64,000 nt of DNA from Alteripontixanthobacter sp. (GTDB lineage: Bacteria > Pseudomonadota > Alphaproteobacteria > Sphingomonadales > Sphingomonadaceae): positions 1,476,968 to 1,540,967 of the forward strand of contig JBDVPM010000008.1 in the NCBI GenBank assembly GCA_039968605.1. Reading direction: 5' to 3'. A program made the translations under genes and the position numbers. Below are positions 10,522 to 20,408 of the stretch, piece after piece. Position 1 is the first letter of the stretch. Every line of letters begins with the position of its first letter. Under the pieces are notes generated by a model. That model did no database searches and had not been told where the DNA came from. It saw only the letters and a list, made by a program, of their open reading frames with translations.

Positions 10522-10590
10522 GGGGCATTCCTTACTTGCGAGCCGCAGCGGGACTGCCCGGCTTCGAAGTATGTTCTAGAGGAATGCCCC
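10522..10590 (-). promoter_or_regulatory. 5' leader hairpin able to sequester the Shine-Dalgarno of the 9955..10521 gene
   Basis: mRNA reads GGGGCAUUCC-(49 nt)-GGAAUGCCCC-AUG. The arms are perfect 10-nt complements, and the 3' arm contains the AAGGAA SD and abuts the start codon. Confidence 0.35.
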
Positions 10591-10655
10591 TGAGACGACC
10601 CTGAATTGCGCCGACAGCGTTTGTTCAGAAATAAGCCTACTTTTATGAACGCACG

Positions 10656-12833
10656 CTATTCCGCCATTTTCGAAAGGTCCAGGCCGGTCCAGAACGCCAG
10701 GAACGCCCCCACATCGGCAGCCTCTTCGATCGCCTTGTCCGTTGGCTTGCCCGAACCGTGTCCCGCGCGGGTTTCGATCCTGATCAGCTGCGGCTTGTCT
10801 CCGAGGTCGGCTGCCTGCAGCGCAGCGGTGTACTTGAAGCTGTGGCCGGGAACCACGCGGTCATCCGTATCGGCCGTGGTGACCAGGACCGCCGGATAGT
10901 CGGTGCCGTCCGCGATATTGTGGTAGGGTGAATAGGATTTCAGCATCGCGAAATCGTCCTCGCGGTCGGGATAGCCATAATCGTCTACCCAGTACCGGCC
11001 TGCAGTGAAGCGGTCGAAGCGCAGCATGTCCATCACGCCGACCGCCGCATGGCCAGCATCGATCAGGTCGGGCCGCTGGTTGACCACTGCGCCCACCAGC
11101 AGGCCGCCATTCGAACCGCCCTGCACCGCCAAACCGTTATCGGTGGTATAGCCCTGCGCCTTGAGAAATTCGCCGGCAGCGATGAAATCGTCGAACACGT
11201 TCTGCTTGTTCGCCAGACGTCCGCCATCGTGCCAATCCTTGCCATATTCTCCGCCTCCGCGAATGTTGGCCAAGGCATAGGCGCCGCCCGCATCCAGCCA
11301 GGCGATCCGGCTGGGGCTGAAGCCGGGCGTCAGCGAGATGTTGAAGCCGCCATAGCCGTATAACAGCGTCGGAACCGCATCGCCCGACGCGGCGATATCG
11401 GCGCGGCGCACGATGAACATCGGTACGCGCGTGCCATCTTTCGAGATGTAGAATTGCTGCTCCACCGAGTAATCGGCCGGATCGAACGCCACTTCCGGCT
11501 GCGCCCAGACCTCGCTCTCGCCGCTATCCAGATCGTATTTGTAGACAGTGGTCGGCGCGTTGAAGCTGCTGTAGAAATAGAACACTTCGGTATCGTCGGC
11601 GTCGCCGCCAAAGCCACCCGCGCTGCCGATGCCGGGCAAGGCGACATCGCGCACGCGCTTTCCTGCCAGATCGTACACGCGCACTTCGCTTTTCGCATCC
11701 ACCAGATATTCGGTAACCAGCTTGCCGCCGACCATGCTGACCCCGTCCAACTTGGCCTCGTCCTGCGCGATTATCGTCTGTGGTTCGAACAGGTCTCCGC
11801 CAATATCGATCGCAACGATCTTGTAACGCGGCGCATCCTGGTTGGTGCGGAAATAGAAGATCGAGCCCTCATTACCGAGATAGGAATAGGCATGGTCGAA
11901 CCCCGGCACGATCACGCGCGGTTCGGCATCATCGTCGGTCAGGTCGATCAGCGTGATTTCATAGCGATCATCGGTGCCGCTGCTGGAGGTAACAATCAGC
12001 CAGTCGCCATCGTCGGACACTTCGCCGACATGGTTCAGTTCCGGATTATCGGGCGTGGCGAACAGTACCCGGTCCTCGCTTTGCGGCGTGCCCAGGCGGT
12101 GGAAATAGATCTTCTGATCGGTGTTGAGCGCCTGGAAGGTTTCGCCTTCCTCGGTAACCGGGAAGCGGCTGTAATAGAAACCACTGCCATCCTTCGCCCA
12201 TTCCAACCCGGAAAACTTTATCCACTCGACGCTGTCTTCCAGCACTTCGCCGGTTGCGACACCGAGCACTTTGGCCGTCCGCCAGTCGCTGCCGCCATCC
12301 TGGATCCCGTAAAGCAGCTTCGAGCCGTCTTCGGTCGGCGTCCATCCGGCCAGCGCGGTCGCGCCGTCCGCGGCCCATTCGTTGGGGTCGATCAGGACGC
12401 GCGGTTCACCGTCCAGCCCGTCGCGAACATACAGCACCGACTGGTTCTGCAATCCGTCATTGCGGGTGTAGAAGTAGCGTCCGCCCTTCTCGGTCGGAAG
12501 GCCGAAACGTTCGTAATCATACAACTGCTTGATCCGCGCCTCGAACCCCTCGCGCCCCGGCATGGTGGCGAGGTATGCATCGGTTACCTCGTTCTGCGCC
12601 TCGACCCAATCGGCCACTTCCTCGTCCACCCGGACATCGTTTTCCAGCCAGCGATAAGGATCGGCAATCTCCTGCCCGAAAATCGTTTCGGTCACATCCC
12701 CTGCGCGGGTTTCGGGATAGGTCGGGGCTGTCACGTTTTCGGAAACCTCATGGGCGAATACAGGATTTGTAGCGGTCATCAGCGTGGCAGTGCTGGCGAA
12801 TAGAGCGGCCGTGAAGGCGGTTCGGATGCGCAT
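10656..12833 (-). CDS. prolyl oligopeptidase (S9A) family serine peptidase, secreted
   Basis: N-terminal signal peptide. DPYRWLE motif, beta-propeller region, GGSNGGLL nucleophile elbow, and C-terminal D...RV.P.HS...GHG. ATG at 12833 is preceded by AAGGGAGA. Confidence 0.9.
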   Translation of the reverse strand: MRIRTAFTAALFASTATLMTATNPVFAHEVSENVTAPTYPETRAGDVTETIFGQEIADPYRWLENDVRVDEEVADWVEAQNEVTDAYLATMPGREGFEARIKQLYDYERFGLPTEKGGRYFYTRNDGLQNQSVLYVRDGLDGEPRVLIDPNEWAADGATALAGWTPTEDGSKLLYGIQDGGSDWRTAKVLGVATGEVLEDSVEWIKFSGLEWAKDGSGFYYSRFPVTEEGETFQALNTDQKIYFHRLGTPQSEDRVLFATPDNPELNHVGEVSDDGDWLIVTSSSGTDDRYEITLIDLTDDDAEPRVIVPGFDHAYSYLGNEGSIFYFRTNQDAPRYKIVAIDIGGDLFEPQTIIAQDEAKLDGVSMVGGKLVTEYLVDAKSEVRVYDLAGKRVRDVALPGIGSAGGFGGDADDTEVFYFYSSFNAPTTVYKYDLDSGESEVWAQPEVAFDPADYSVEQQFYISKDGTRVPMFIVRRADIAASGDAVPTLLYGYGGFNISLTPGFSPSRIAWLDAGGAYALANIRGGGEYGKDWHDGGRLANKQNVFDDFIAAGEFLKAQGYTTDNGLAVQGGSNGGLLVGAVVNQRPDLIDAGHAAVGVMDMLRFDRFTAGRYWVDDYGYPDREDDFAMLKSYSPYHNIADGTDYPAVLVTTADTDDRVVPGHSFKYTAALQAADLGDKPQLIRIETRAGHGSGKPTDKAIEEAADVGAFLAFWTGLDLSKMAE

Positions 12834-12920
12834 GGGGGATCTCCCTTGAATTGTCTCTCGCCAACGACTTAGATGGCGCGGGCCGGTTTGCAAGGCGCTG
12901 GGTACAAGCTGGCGGGCACA

Positions 12921-12952
12921 AATAAAAAGGGCCGCCGGTTTCCCGGCAGCCC
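12921..12952 (-). terminator. rho-independent terminator after rplQ
   Basis: RNA: GGGCUGCCGG-GAAA-CCGGCGGCCC followed by UUUUUAUUU. Confidence 0.7.
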
Positions 12953-12979
12953 TTCCCGCTACAACTTGCGAAGCATGGC

Positions 12980-13405
12980 TTACGCGGCTTCGAATTCTTC
13001 TTCCTCGGCATTCATCACCGGGCCGCTATCCTGGCCCTTGGCGTCGACATCGCGGTCGACGAACTCGATAACCGCCATCTGCGCACTGTCGGAGGCGCGG
13101 ATGCCGGCCTTGATGATGCGGGTATAGCCGCCATCGCGGTCCGAATAGCGATCGGCCAGAATGTCGAACAACTTCTTCAACTGCGTTTCGTCGAGCAGGC
13201 GGCTTTGCGCCAAGCGGCGATTGGAAAGCCCGCCGCGCTTTGCCAGCGTGACCAGCTTTTCGATATAGGGGCGCAGTTCCTTGGCCTTGGGCAAGGTGGT
13301 CACGATCTGCTCGTGCTTGATCAGCGCGGCCGACATGTTGCGGAACAGGGCCTTGCGGTGGCCCGACTTGCGGCTCAGCTTACGTTGCGAAATTCCGTGA
13401 CGCAT
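12980..13405 (-). CDS. rplQ: 50S ribosomal protein L17
   Basis: [24 protein letters not shown]... is typical L17. It is the last gene of the alpha operon. Confidence 0.95.
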   Translation of the reverse strand: MRHGISQRKLSRKSGHRKALFRNMSAALIKHEQIVTTLPKAKELRPYIEKLVTLAKRGGLSNRRLAQSRLLDETQLKKLFDILADRYSDRDGGYTRIIKAGIRASDSAQMAVIEFVDRDVDAKGQDSGPVMNAEEEEFEAA

Positions 13406-13486
13406 TGTATTTTCCTTCGTTCGTTATGGGCCCGTATGAGGTAGCCCGTAGCTGGCGGCGCTCAGGGTGCGCCGCCAAAACCCGGA

Positions 13487-14542
13487 TCAACCAAGCAGCT
13501 CTTGTTCCAGCTTCTTGGCCATTTCTTCGATGTTCTCGGGCGGCCAGCCCGGAATGTCCATGCCCAGGCGCAGGCCCATGCTGGACAGCACTTCCTTGAT
13601 CTCGTTGAGCGACTTGCGGCCGAAATTCGGCGTACGCAGCATCTCGGCTTCGGTCTTCTGGACCAGGTCGCCAATATAGATGATGTTGTCGTTCTTGAGG
13701 CAATTGGCCGAACGCACGCTGAGCTCCAGCTCGTCGACCTTCTTGAGAAGGTAACGGTTGAGCTGGTTCGCGTCGCTTTCTTCCTGCGGAGCGGCCTGGC
13801 CGATCATCGCGCTTTGCGGCTGCGGGATACCGTCTTCGAAGTGCACGAACAGCGTCAGCTGGTCCTGCAGGATCCGCGCGGCATAGGCCACGGCATCGTC
13901 CGGCGTGACCGTACCGTCGGTTTCGACCGTCAGGCTGAGCTTGTCGTAATCGAGTTCCTGGCCGACACGGGCGTTTTCCACCTTGTAGCTGACCTGGCGA
14001 ACCGGCGAATACAGGCTGTCCACCGGGATTAGGCCGATCGGCGCATCGGCCGGACGGTTCTGAACGGCAGCGACATAGCCCTTACCGACATCGGCGGTCA
14101 GTTCCATGTTGAGCGTGGCACCTTCGTCGAGGTGACAGATCACGAGATCCTTGTTCATCACCTCGATATCGCCGGATACGGCAATATCGCCGGCCTTCAC
14201 TTCGGCAGGACCGGTGACGGACAGCTGCAGGCGCTTGGGGCCCTCGCCTTCCATCTTCAGCGCGATCTGCTTCACGTTCAGGACGATATCGGTGATGTCT
14301 TCGCGCACACCGGCGAGCGACGAGAATTCATGCAGCACGTTCTCGATCTTGATCGAGGTGATGGCCGCACCCTGCAGCGAGCTGAGCAGCACGCGGCGCA
14401 ATGCGTTGCCGAGCGTCAGGCCGAAGCCGCGCTCAAGAGGCTCTGCAATGAAAGTGGCCTTGCGCTTCTTGTCGCCGCCTTCCTTCAGTTCGAGCTGGGT
14501 GGGTTTCTTCAGTTCCTGCCAGTTCTTGGTGTTGACGGACAT
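13487..14542 (-). CDS. rpoA: DNA-directed RNA polymerase subunit alpha
   Basis: 351-aa ORF with an N-terminal dimerisation domain and a C-terminal alpha-CTD ([13 protein letters not shown]...IGDLV). Confidence 0.97.
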   Translation of the reverse strand: MSVNTKNWQELKKPTQLELKEGGDKKRKATFIAEPLERGFGLTLGNALRRVLLSSLQGAAITSIKIENVLHEFSSLAGVREDITDIVLNVKQIALKMEGEGPKRLQLSVTGPAEVKAGDIAVSGDIEVMNKDLVICHLDEGATLNMELTADVGKGYVAAVQNRPADAPIGLIPVDSLYSPVRQVSYKVENARVGQELDYDKLSLTVETDGTVTPDDAVAYAARILQDQLTLFVHFEDGIPQPQSAMIGQAAPQEESDANQLNRYLLKKVDELELSVRSANCLKNDNIIYIGDLVQKTEAEMLRTPNFGRKSLNEIKEVLSSMGLRLGMDIPGWPPENIEEMAKKLEQELLG

Positions 14543-14648
14543 GGATTTCCCCTAGGGTTTAAATGCGGGTGCGGACCGGGGCGCTGGCGAAGCGTCCGGT
14601 CCGAGTGAGGGATCGGCGACCCCGTACGGGCCGCCGGGCAGCTTCGGA

Positions 14649-15038
14649 TCAGACGCGGCGACGCTTGGATGGGCGCACGCCATTATGCGGTATCGGCGTA
14701 ACGTCGCGGATAGAGGTAATGGTAAAACCCACCGCTGCAAGACCGCGCAGCGCGCTCTCGCGGCCCGAGCCCGGGCCCTTCACTTCGACTTCCAGCGTGC
14801 GCACACCGTGTTCGGCGGCCTTCTTGCCGGCATCGTCCGCGGCAACCTGCGCGGCGTAAGGCGTGCTTTTGCGGCTGCCTTTGAAGCCCATCGTCCCGGC
14901 GCTGGACCAGCTGATCGCATTGCCTTGCGCATCGGTGATGGTGATCATGGTGTTGTTGAAGCTGGCGTTGATGTGCGCCACGCCGGAAGAAATATTCTTC
15001 CGTTCGCGTTTTCTGACGCGTCCTGGTTCGCGTGCCAT
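14649..15038 (-). CDS. rpsK: 30S ribosomal protein S11
   Basis: [18 protein letters not shown] ... [14 protein letters not shown] is typical S11. Confidence 0.97.
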   Translation of the reverse strand: MAREPGRVRKRERKNISSGVAHINASFNNTMITITDAQGNAISWSSAGTMGFKGSRKSTPYAAQVAADDAGKKAAEHGVRTLEVEVKGPGSGRESALRGLAAVGFTITSIRDVTPIPHNGVRPSKRRRV

Positions 15039-15116
15039 TGGTGAATTCCTAAACGTTGAGTAAGTTGACGAAACACGGTCGGGACCAGCCCAGCGGGCGG
15101 CCCGGAAAAACCGTGC

Positions 15117-15485
15117 TTACTTCTTCTTGCCGGCGATCGGCTTGGCCTTGCCCTTGCGGGTGCGCGCATTGGTATGCGTGCGCTGGCCGCGAGTCGGCAA
15201 GCCGGCCCGGTGACGCAGTCCGCGATAGGAACGAAGGTCCATCAACCGCTTGATATTCATCGCAGTTTCGCGGCGAAGATCGCCTTCCACCTGATGATCG
15301 GCATCGATAGCTTCACGGATCTGCAGGATTTCAGCATCGGAAAGATCCTGAACCCGGGCCGTGTGATCGATTCCCAGCTTGTCGGCGATTTCCACGGCCT
15401 TGGTCCGGCCAATTCCGTGAATATAGGTCAGCGCGATGATTACGCGCTTGTTGGTGGGGATATTTACCCCGGCAATACGAGCCAC
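15117..15485 (-). CDS. rpsM: 30S ribosomal protein S13
   Basis: [15 protein letters not shown]... with a GTG start. Confidence 0.97.
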   Translation of the reverse strand: MARIAGVNIPTNKRVIIALTYIHGIGRTKAVEIADKLGIDHTARVQDLSDAEILQIREAIDADHQVEGDLRRETAMNIKRLMDLRSYRGLRHRAGLPTRGQRTHTNARTRKGKAKPIAGKKK

Positions 15486-15780
15486 TTACTTCTCCATGCT
15501 CCACAAGGGCCAGACACCGTTTCCGCATCGCGGTAACGCGCCGCCCCTATCTCATAGCGGTTCACTCATCCGACAATCGACCGACCGTTAAACGGCAAAA
15601 AGCCCGGATGGCGCGCAAGTTTGGCTGCCGCCTGCCGGACCATTCAGCAATTCTCGAATGAACAGCGCAACTAGAGCGAGTCGCGGCCCCCGTCAACAGT
15701 AGACTCTACTGTGAACCGGCGCGAAATTTCCTGCCGCCGAAATCGCGTTCGGAGGTGCGTTGCAGGGATCATCTAAACGC

Positions 15781-15816
15781 AAAAGGGCGGCAGGTCAAAA
15801 CCTGCCGCCCCTTTTT
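15781..15816 (-). terminator. rho-independent (bidirectional) terminator after gdhA
   Basis: Perfect 10-bp stem GGGCGGCAGG/CCUGCCGCCC flanked by A4 and T5 runs. The minus-strand RNA ends ...CCUGCCGCCCUUUUGCGUUU. Confidence 0.75.
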
Positions 15817-15838
15817 CAGCGCCGATACGCGCCTGGTA

Positions 15839-17194
15839 TCACACCACGCCGAAGGCGAGCATGGCATCCGCCACCTTCTTGAATCCAGCGATATTGGCGC
15901 CCTTCACGTAATCGACATAGCCGCCATCCTGCTGGCCATATTCCACGCATTTGCCGTGGATGCCCTCCATCAGCTCGGTCAGCATTTCGCCCAGGCGCTC
16001 GTTATTCCAGCTGATGCGCTCCGCATTCTGGCTCATTTCGAGGCCGGAAACCGCGACGCCGCCGGCATTGGCGGCCTTGCCGGGGCCGTACATGATCTTC
16101 GCATCGTGGAAGACATGCACGCCTTCCAGCGTGGTCGGCATGTTGGCGCCTTCGGACACGGCCTGCACGCCGTTCGCCACCAGCTCCTTCGCCTCGTCCT
16201 CGTTGAGTTCGTTCTGCGTCGCGCAAGGCAGAGCGAGGTCGCAGGAGACGCCCCAGGGCCGACGGCCATCATGATACGTCGCTCCGGAGAAATGCTCGGT
16301 ATATTCGCTGATCCGGCCACGCTTCACATTTTTCAGATGCTTCACGAAATCGATCTTTTCCTGATCGATGCCGTCAGGATCGTGGATGAAGCCGCCGCTG
16401 TCGGACAGGGTCAGCACCTTGCCGCCGAGCTGGGTGATCTTCTCGGCCGCATGGGTAGCGACATTGCCAGATCCGGAGATAACGGCGGTCTTGCCGTCCA
16501 CTTCCTCGTTCTTGTGTTGCAGCATGTTCTGCATGAAATAGACCGCGCCGTAACCGGTCGCCTCGGGCCGCATCTGGCTGCCGCCATATTCCAGCGCCTT
16601 GCCGGTCAGCACGCCTTCCCAGCGATTGGTGATGCGCTTGTACTGGCCGAACATATAGCCGATTTCGCGCCCGCCCACGCCGATATCGCCCGCCGGTACA
16701 TCGGTATCGGGGCCGATATGGCGATACAGCTCGGTCATGAAGGATTGGCAGAAGCGCATGACTTCCGCATCGCTCTTGCCCTTGGGATTGAAGTTCGATC
16801 CGCCCTTGCCGCCGCCCATCGGCAGGCCGGTCAGCGAGTTCTTGAAGGTCTGTTCGAAGGCGAGGAACTTCAGCACGCTTTCGGTCACGCTGGGATGGAA
16901 ACGGATGCCGCCTTTATAAGGGCCGATGGCGTTGTTGTTCTGGACGCGCCACCCGCGCTGCACGCGGATGTTGTGATTGTCGTCTTCCCAGCAAACGCGG
17001 AAGCTGACCACGCGGTCGGGTTCGGCGATACGGCGCAGGATCTGCGCCTCGTGATATTCTTCCTTGTCATCGATGAAATCGTAAACGTCCTGCGCCACTT
17101 CCTGCACCGCCTGGACGAACTCGTCCTGGCCGGGATTGCGCTTCTTCACACCTTGCATGAAGGTGGATAGGTCAACGTGGTCGGTTACTGCCAT
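15839..17194 (-). CDS. gdhA: NADP-specific glutamate dehydrogenase
   Basis: 451 aa with the GPYKGGIRFHP and GLPMGGGKGGS motifs of hexameric GDH. Confidence 0.95.
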   Translation of the reverse strand: MAVTDHVDLSTFMQGVKKRNPGQDEFVQAVQEVAQDVYDFIDDKEEYHEAQILRRIAEPDRVVSFRVCWEDDNHNIRVQRGWRVQNNNAIGPYKGGIRFHPSVTESVLKFLAFEQTFKNSLTGLPMGGGKGGSNFNPKGKSDAEVMRFCQSFMTELYRHIGPDTDVPAGDIGVGGREIGYMFGQYKRITNRWEGVLTGKALEYGGSQMRPEATGYGAVYFMQNMLQHKNEEVDGKTAVISGSGNVATHAAEKITQLGGKVLTLSDSGGFIHDPDGIDQEKIDFVKHLKNVKRGRISEYTEHFSGATYHDGRRPWGVSCDLALPCATQNELNEDEAKELVANGVQAVSEGANMPTTLEGVHVFHDAKIMYGPGKAANAGGVAVSGLEMSQNAERISWNNERLGEMLTELMEGIHGKCVEYGQQDGGYVDYVKGANIAGFKKVADAMLAFGVV

Positions 17195-17370
17195 GATCGG
17201 TTCCCCCTGGTTCCGGTGAGCTGTTTACCCACCTGTTGGAAATACGCGACCCAGCGAAATATGCGGGCGGGCCTATCAGCGCCCGATTCGCACGTTCACG
17301 GCGCTACCCTAGCGCCAATTTGCGCCGCGCCAAGCGATTGCATCACATCCTTGAGCTTTAGGCGGCTCTA

Positions 17371-18186
17371 TTACTGGTCGTCTCGCCCGGCCATCCGGTC
17401 GATCGCCTCTTCCAGCGTTAGAACGCGTTGGGGCTCGATCCGCTGTGGTTGGTCCTCAGGATCGATCTCGGCTTCATCGCTTTCTTCATCCGCGGTAGAG
17501 GTATCCTCAGCCTCTTCTGAAGCGTCTTCGGATAGGCCCTCCGCCGGATCGATATCTTCGATTACGGCATCGCTTTCGTCGCCAGCTTCGCCCTCGTCCG
17601 CATCTTCCTCGCCGCCAACCGGCTGCGCACCCTCGACTTCACCGAGCAAATTGGCGAGCCCGGCAAGTTGCTGGCTCATCACGCCGTCGACTGCCTTGGC
17701 GATCGTCGGCACATCGAAGCGCATCGCCCCGCCAACGACATATTCCCACAGGATCCGCGTGCCGCCATCGACCGGTTTCAAAGTAACCGTCAGCACGCCG
17801 TCCGCCGGCTCGCTTTGCAGCGGGCCGAGCCCGCCGCGCATGCGCAGGACCATCGGCGGGGCAGCCTGAATGACTTCCATGTGACGCGCACTGCCCCGGC
17901 GAACGCCTTCCGGCGCATCATCGCGTTCGGGCAACAATTCGCAGAAACACCCACCGGCCTGCGCGCTGAGATACATGTTCGACGCATCGGCGGACCAGGT
18001 GTGATTGTCGTTCCACCACGTGTTGGGCGCGATCAACGCGGCCCAGGTCTCGTAAGGATCGGCGGAGACAACGCGCATGTCGCGGGTAACGAAATGATCC
18101 TCACCCTCGTCGATGACTTCGGCTGCTGCCGGGACGCTCGCGCCAAGCGCCAGCGCGCTGGCCAGCAGGATAGATGTGTAGTGCAT
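17371..18186 (-). CDS. SRPBCC-fold (AHSA1/START-like) exported protein with a long polyacidic C-terminal tail
   Basis: Signal peptide MHYTSILLASALALGASVPAAA. The central ~150 aa resemble SRPBCC/activator-of-Hsp90-ATPase-like proteins (inference). The last ~90 aa are Asp/Glu-rich. Confidence 0.6.
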   Translation of the reverse strand: MHYTSILLASALALGASVPAAAEVIDEGEDHFVTRDMRVVSADPYETWAALIAPNTWWNDNHTWSADASNMYLSAQAGGCFCELLPERDDAPEGVRRGSARHMEVIQAAPPMVLRMRGGLGPLQSEPADGVLTVTLKPVDGGTRILWEYVVGGAMRFDVPTIAKAVDGVMSQQLAGLANLLGEVEGAQPVGGEEDADEGEAGDESDAVIEDIDPAEGLSEDASEEAEDTSTADEESDEAEIDPEDQPQRIEPQRVLTLEEAIDRMAGRDDQ

Positions 18187-18247
18187 TGCGATTCCTCTCG
18201 CGCGCCCTATCCCACGGACAGGTGACGGGCGAAAGGGGGTGCGGCGA

Positions 18248-18904
18248 TCAGCCCTTTGCCGGACTCAGGATGGCGTCGAGCGCGTGGCCCACTTCCTCGA
18301 TACTGGCCATGCCATCCACCCGGGTGACGATGCCACGCTCTTCGTAGATCGGCAGGATCGGGGCGGTATCGGCGCGGTAGATACCCATCCGCTTGCGCAC
18401 GGTTTCCTCGGTATCGTCGGCGCGGCGCTTGAACTCCGTGCTGCCGCATCTGTCGCAAACGCCCGGCGTTGCCGGCAGCTTGTAGCGGTCATGATAACCC
18501 TCGCCGCAATTGGCGCAGGTGTATCGTCCGGTGATCCGATCGACCAGCGCATCTTCATCGACGCCCAGTTCGATCACATAGTCAAGCTTGCGGCCGTGGC
18601 TGGCGAGGATCTCGTCGAGCGAATGAGCCTGCGCCTCGGTCCGGGGATAGCCATCGAAAATCGCACCGACATTCTCGCTAAGATCGGACAGCTTAGCATC
18701 GATCATCGCGGATACGATTTCATCCGACACCAGCGCGCCGGAGTCCATTACATCTGCCACCTTGCGGCCAAGCTCGGTATCGGCCTTGCGCGTTTCGCGA
18801 AGCATGTCGCCGGTGGACAGCTGGACCATCCCGTGATGCTCGACCAGATTGGCAGCCTGGGTGCCCTTGCCCGCGCCCGGAGGGCCCAAGAGAATGATGT
18901 TCAC
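18248..18904 (-). CDS. adk: adenylate kinase (Cys4 zinc-type lid)
   Basis: MNIILLGPPGAGKGTQA P-loop. The lid has CANCG...CDRCG. Confidence 0.96.
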   Translation of the reverse strand: MNIILLGPPGAGKGTQAANLVEHHGMVQLSTGDMLRETRKADTELGRKVADVMDSGALVSDEIVSAMIDAKLSDLSENVGAIFDGYPRTEAQAHSLDEILASHGRKLDYVIELGVDEDALVDRITGRYTCANCGEGYHDRYKLPATPGVCDRCGSTEFKRRADDTEETVRKRMGIYRADTAPILPIYEERGIVTRVDGMASIEEVGHALDAILSPAKG

Positions 18905-18931
18905 GCAGTTGGTCCCCGTGTTTGAGCGCGA

Positions 18932-20296
18932 TTAGCGCGTCCGCCCCTTGAGCTTCGCCTTCTTGATCAGATCGCCATATTGATGGGCGAGCAGATGCGA
19001 CTGGATCTGGCTGATCGTATCGACCGTCACATTGACCACGATCAGCAGGCTGGTTCCGCCAAGGAACAGCGGAATACCCGTCTGGGCGATCATGTATTCG
19101 GGGATCACGCAGACCAGCGTCAGGTAAATCGCACCGACCACGGTAATGCGCGTGAGCACATAGTCGAGGTAATCGGCAGTGCGCTTGCCCGGCCGGATGC
19201 CGGGGATGAAGCCGCCATTCTTCTTCAGGTTCTCCGCCGTTTCTTCCGGGTTGAACACGACCGCGGTGTAGAAGAAGCAGAAAAAGATGATCCCAATGGC
19301 ATACAGCGTCATATAGATCGGCTGGCCATGCTGGAGGTAAAAGTTGAGCTGGTTGATGAAACTGCCCGTGGCACTTTCGGCATCGACCGTATTGCCCGCA
19401 AACTGGCTGATCGTAAGCGGCAACAGCAAGAGCGAACTGGCGAAGATCGGCGGGATCACGCCTGCGGTGTTGAGCTTGAGCGGCAAATGCGAGCGGTCGG
19501 CCTGCATCATTCCGCGCTGCGTGGCTCGCTTGGGATACTGGATCAGCAGACGCCGCTGCGCCCGCTCCATGAAACAGATGAACAATATCAGCACCACGAC
19601 CATCAGCAGGAAACCGATGATCAGCGCCGAACCGATGCTGCCCGCCTCATAGCCGGAAAACATGCTGGCGGTGAAACTGGGGAACTGCGCCACGATACCG
19701 GCCATGATGATCAGCGAAACACCGTTGCCGATACCGCGTGCAGTGATCTGTTCGCCCAGCCACAGCAGGAACATCGTCCCGCCAACCAGGCTGATCACGG
19801 CGACGATCCGGAAAGTGTAGCCGGGATCGACCACCGCCTGCAGCCCGCTCGCCGCGCCGTAGGATTCCAGGCCCGACGCAAGGAACCAGCCCTGGATCGC
19901 GGTGAGGAAGACGGTGCCGTAACGGGTGTATTGGTTGAGCTTCTGCCGGCCCGACTGGCCTTCCTTCTTCAGCGCGGCAAGCGCCGGATGGAGCGATGCG
20001 GCCAGCTGGATCACGATCGAGGCGGTGATGTACGGCATCACGCCGAGCGCAATCAGGCTCATCCGCTCCAGCGAACCGCCGGAGAAGGTGTTGAACAGGT
20101 CGAGGATGCCGCCGCGCGTGGTATCGTACAGCGTTTCCAGGATGAGCGGATTGACACCGGGCAGCGGCACGAAGCTGAGGAAGCGAAACACCACCAGCGC
20201 ACCCAGAGTGAACCAGATACGCTGCTTGAGCTCGGTAGCCTTACCGAAATTGGCGAGGCTTAAATTGCTCGCGATATTGTCGGCGCGTGATGCCAT
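18932..20296 (-). CDS. secY: preprotein translocase subunit SecY
   Basis: 454-aa 10-TM protein. Sits between rplO and adk. Confidence 0.97.
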   Translation of the reverse strand: MASRADNIASNLSLANFGKATELKQRIWFTLGALVVFRFLSFVPLPGVNPLILETLYDTTRGGILDLFNTFSGGSLERMSLIALGVMPYITASIVIQLAASLHPALAALKKEGQSGRQKLNQYTRYGTVFLTAIQGWFLASGLESYGAASGLQAVVDPGYTFRIVAVISLVGGTMFLLWLGEQITARGIGNGVSLIIMAGIVAQFPSFTASMFSGYEAGSIGSALIIGFLLMVVVLILFICFMERAQRRLLIQYPKRATQRGMMQADRSHLPLKLNTAGVIPPIFASSLLLLPLTISQFAGNTVDAESATGSFINQLNFYLQHGQPIYMTLYAIGIIFFCFFYTAVVFNPEETAENLKKNGGFIPGIRPGKRTADYLDYVLTRITVVGAIYLTLVCVIPEYMIAQTGIPLFLGGTSLLIVVNVTVDTISQIQSHLLAHQYGDLIKKAKLKGRTR

Positions 20297-20408
20297 GAAG
20301 TACGGCTTTCCTGACTTTATCCATTCCCGCCGCAGCTAACTGCCAGCGCGAAACGGATATATAGGTCGCGGGGTCCGAATGTCGAACCCCGCGCGCCCTT
20401 TTGCCCGA

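Noticed and set aside
13454-13476. 8-bp GC hairpin (GGCGGCGC-tcagggt-GCGCCGCC) between rpoA and rplQ as a terminator
   Set aside because: No U-run follows it on the transcribed strand, and rplQ needs read-through. It is probably only an intercistronic structure.
15755-17170. 471-aa plus-strand ORF antisense to gdhA
   Set aside because: It is a shadow ORF of a strongly supported gene. It has no motifs, and long antisense ORFs opposite GDH genes are a known artefact of codon bias.
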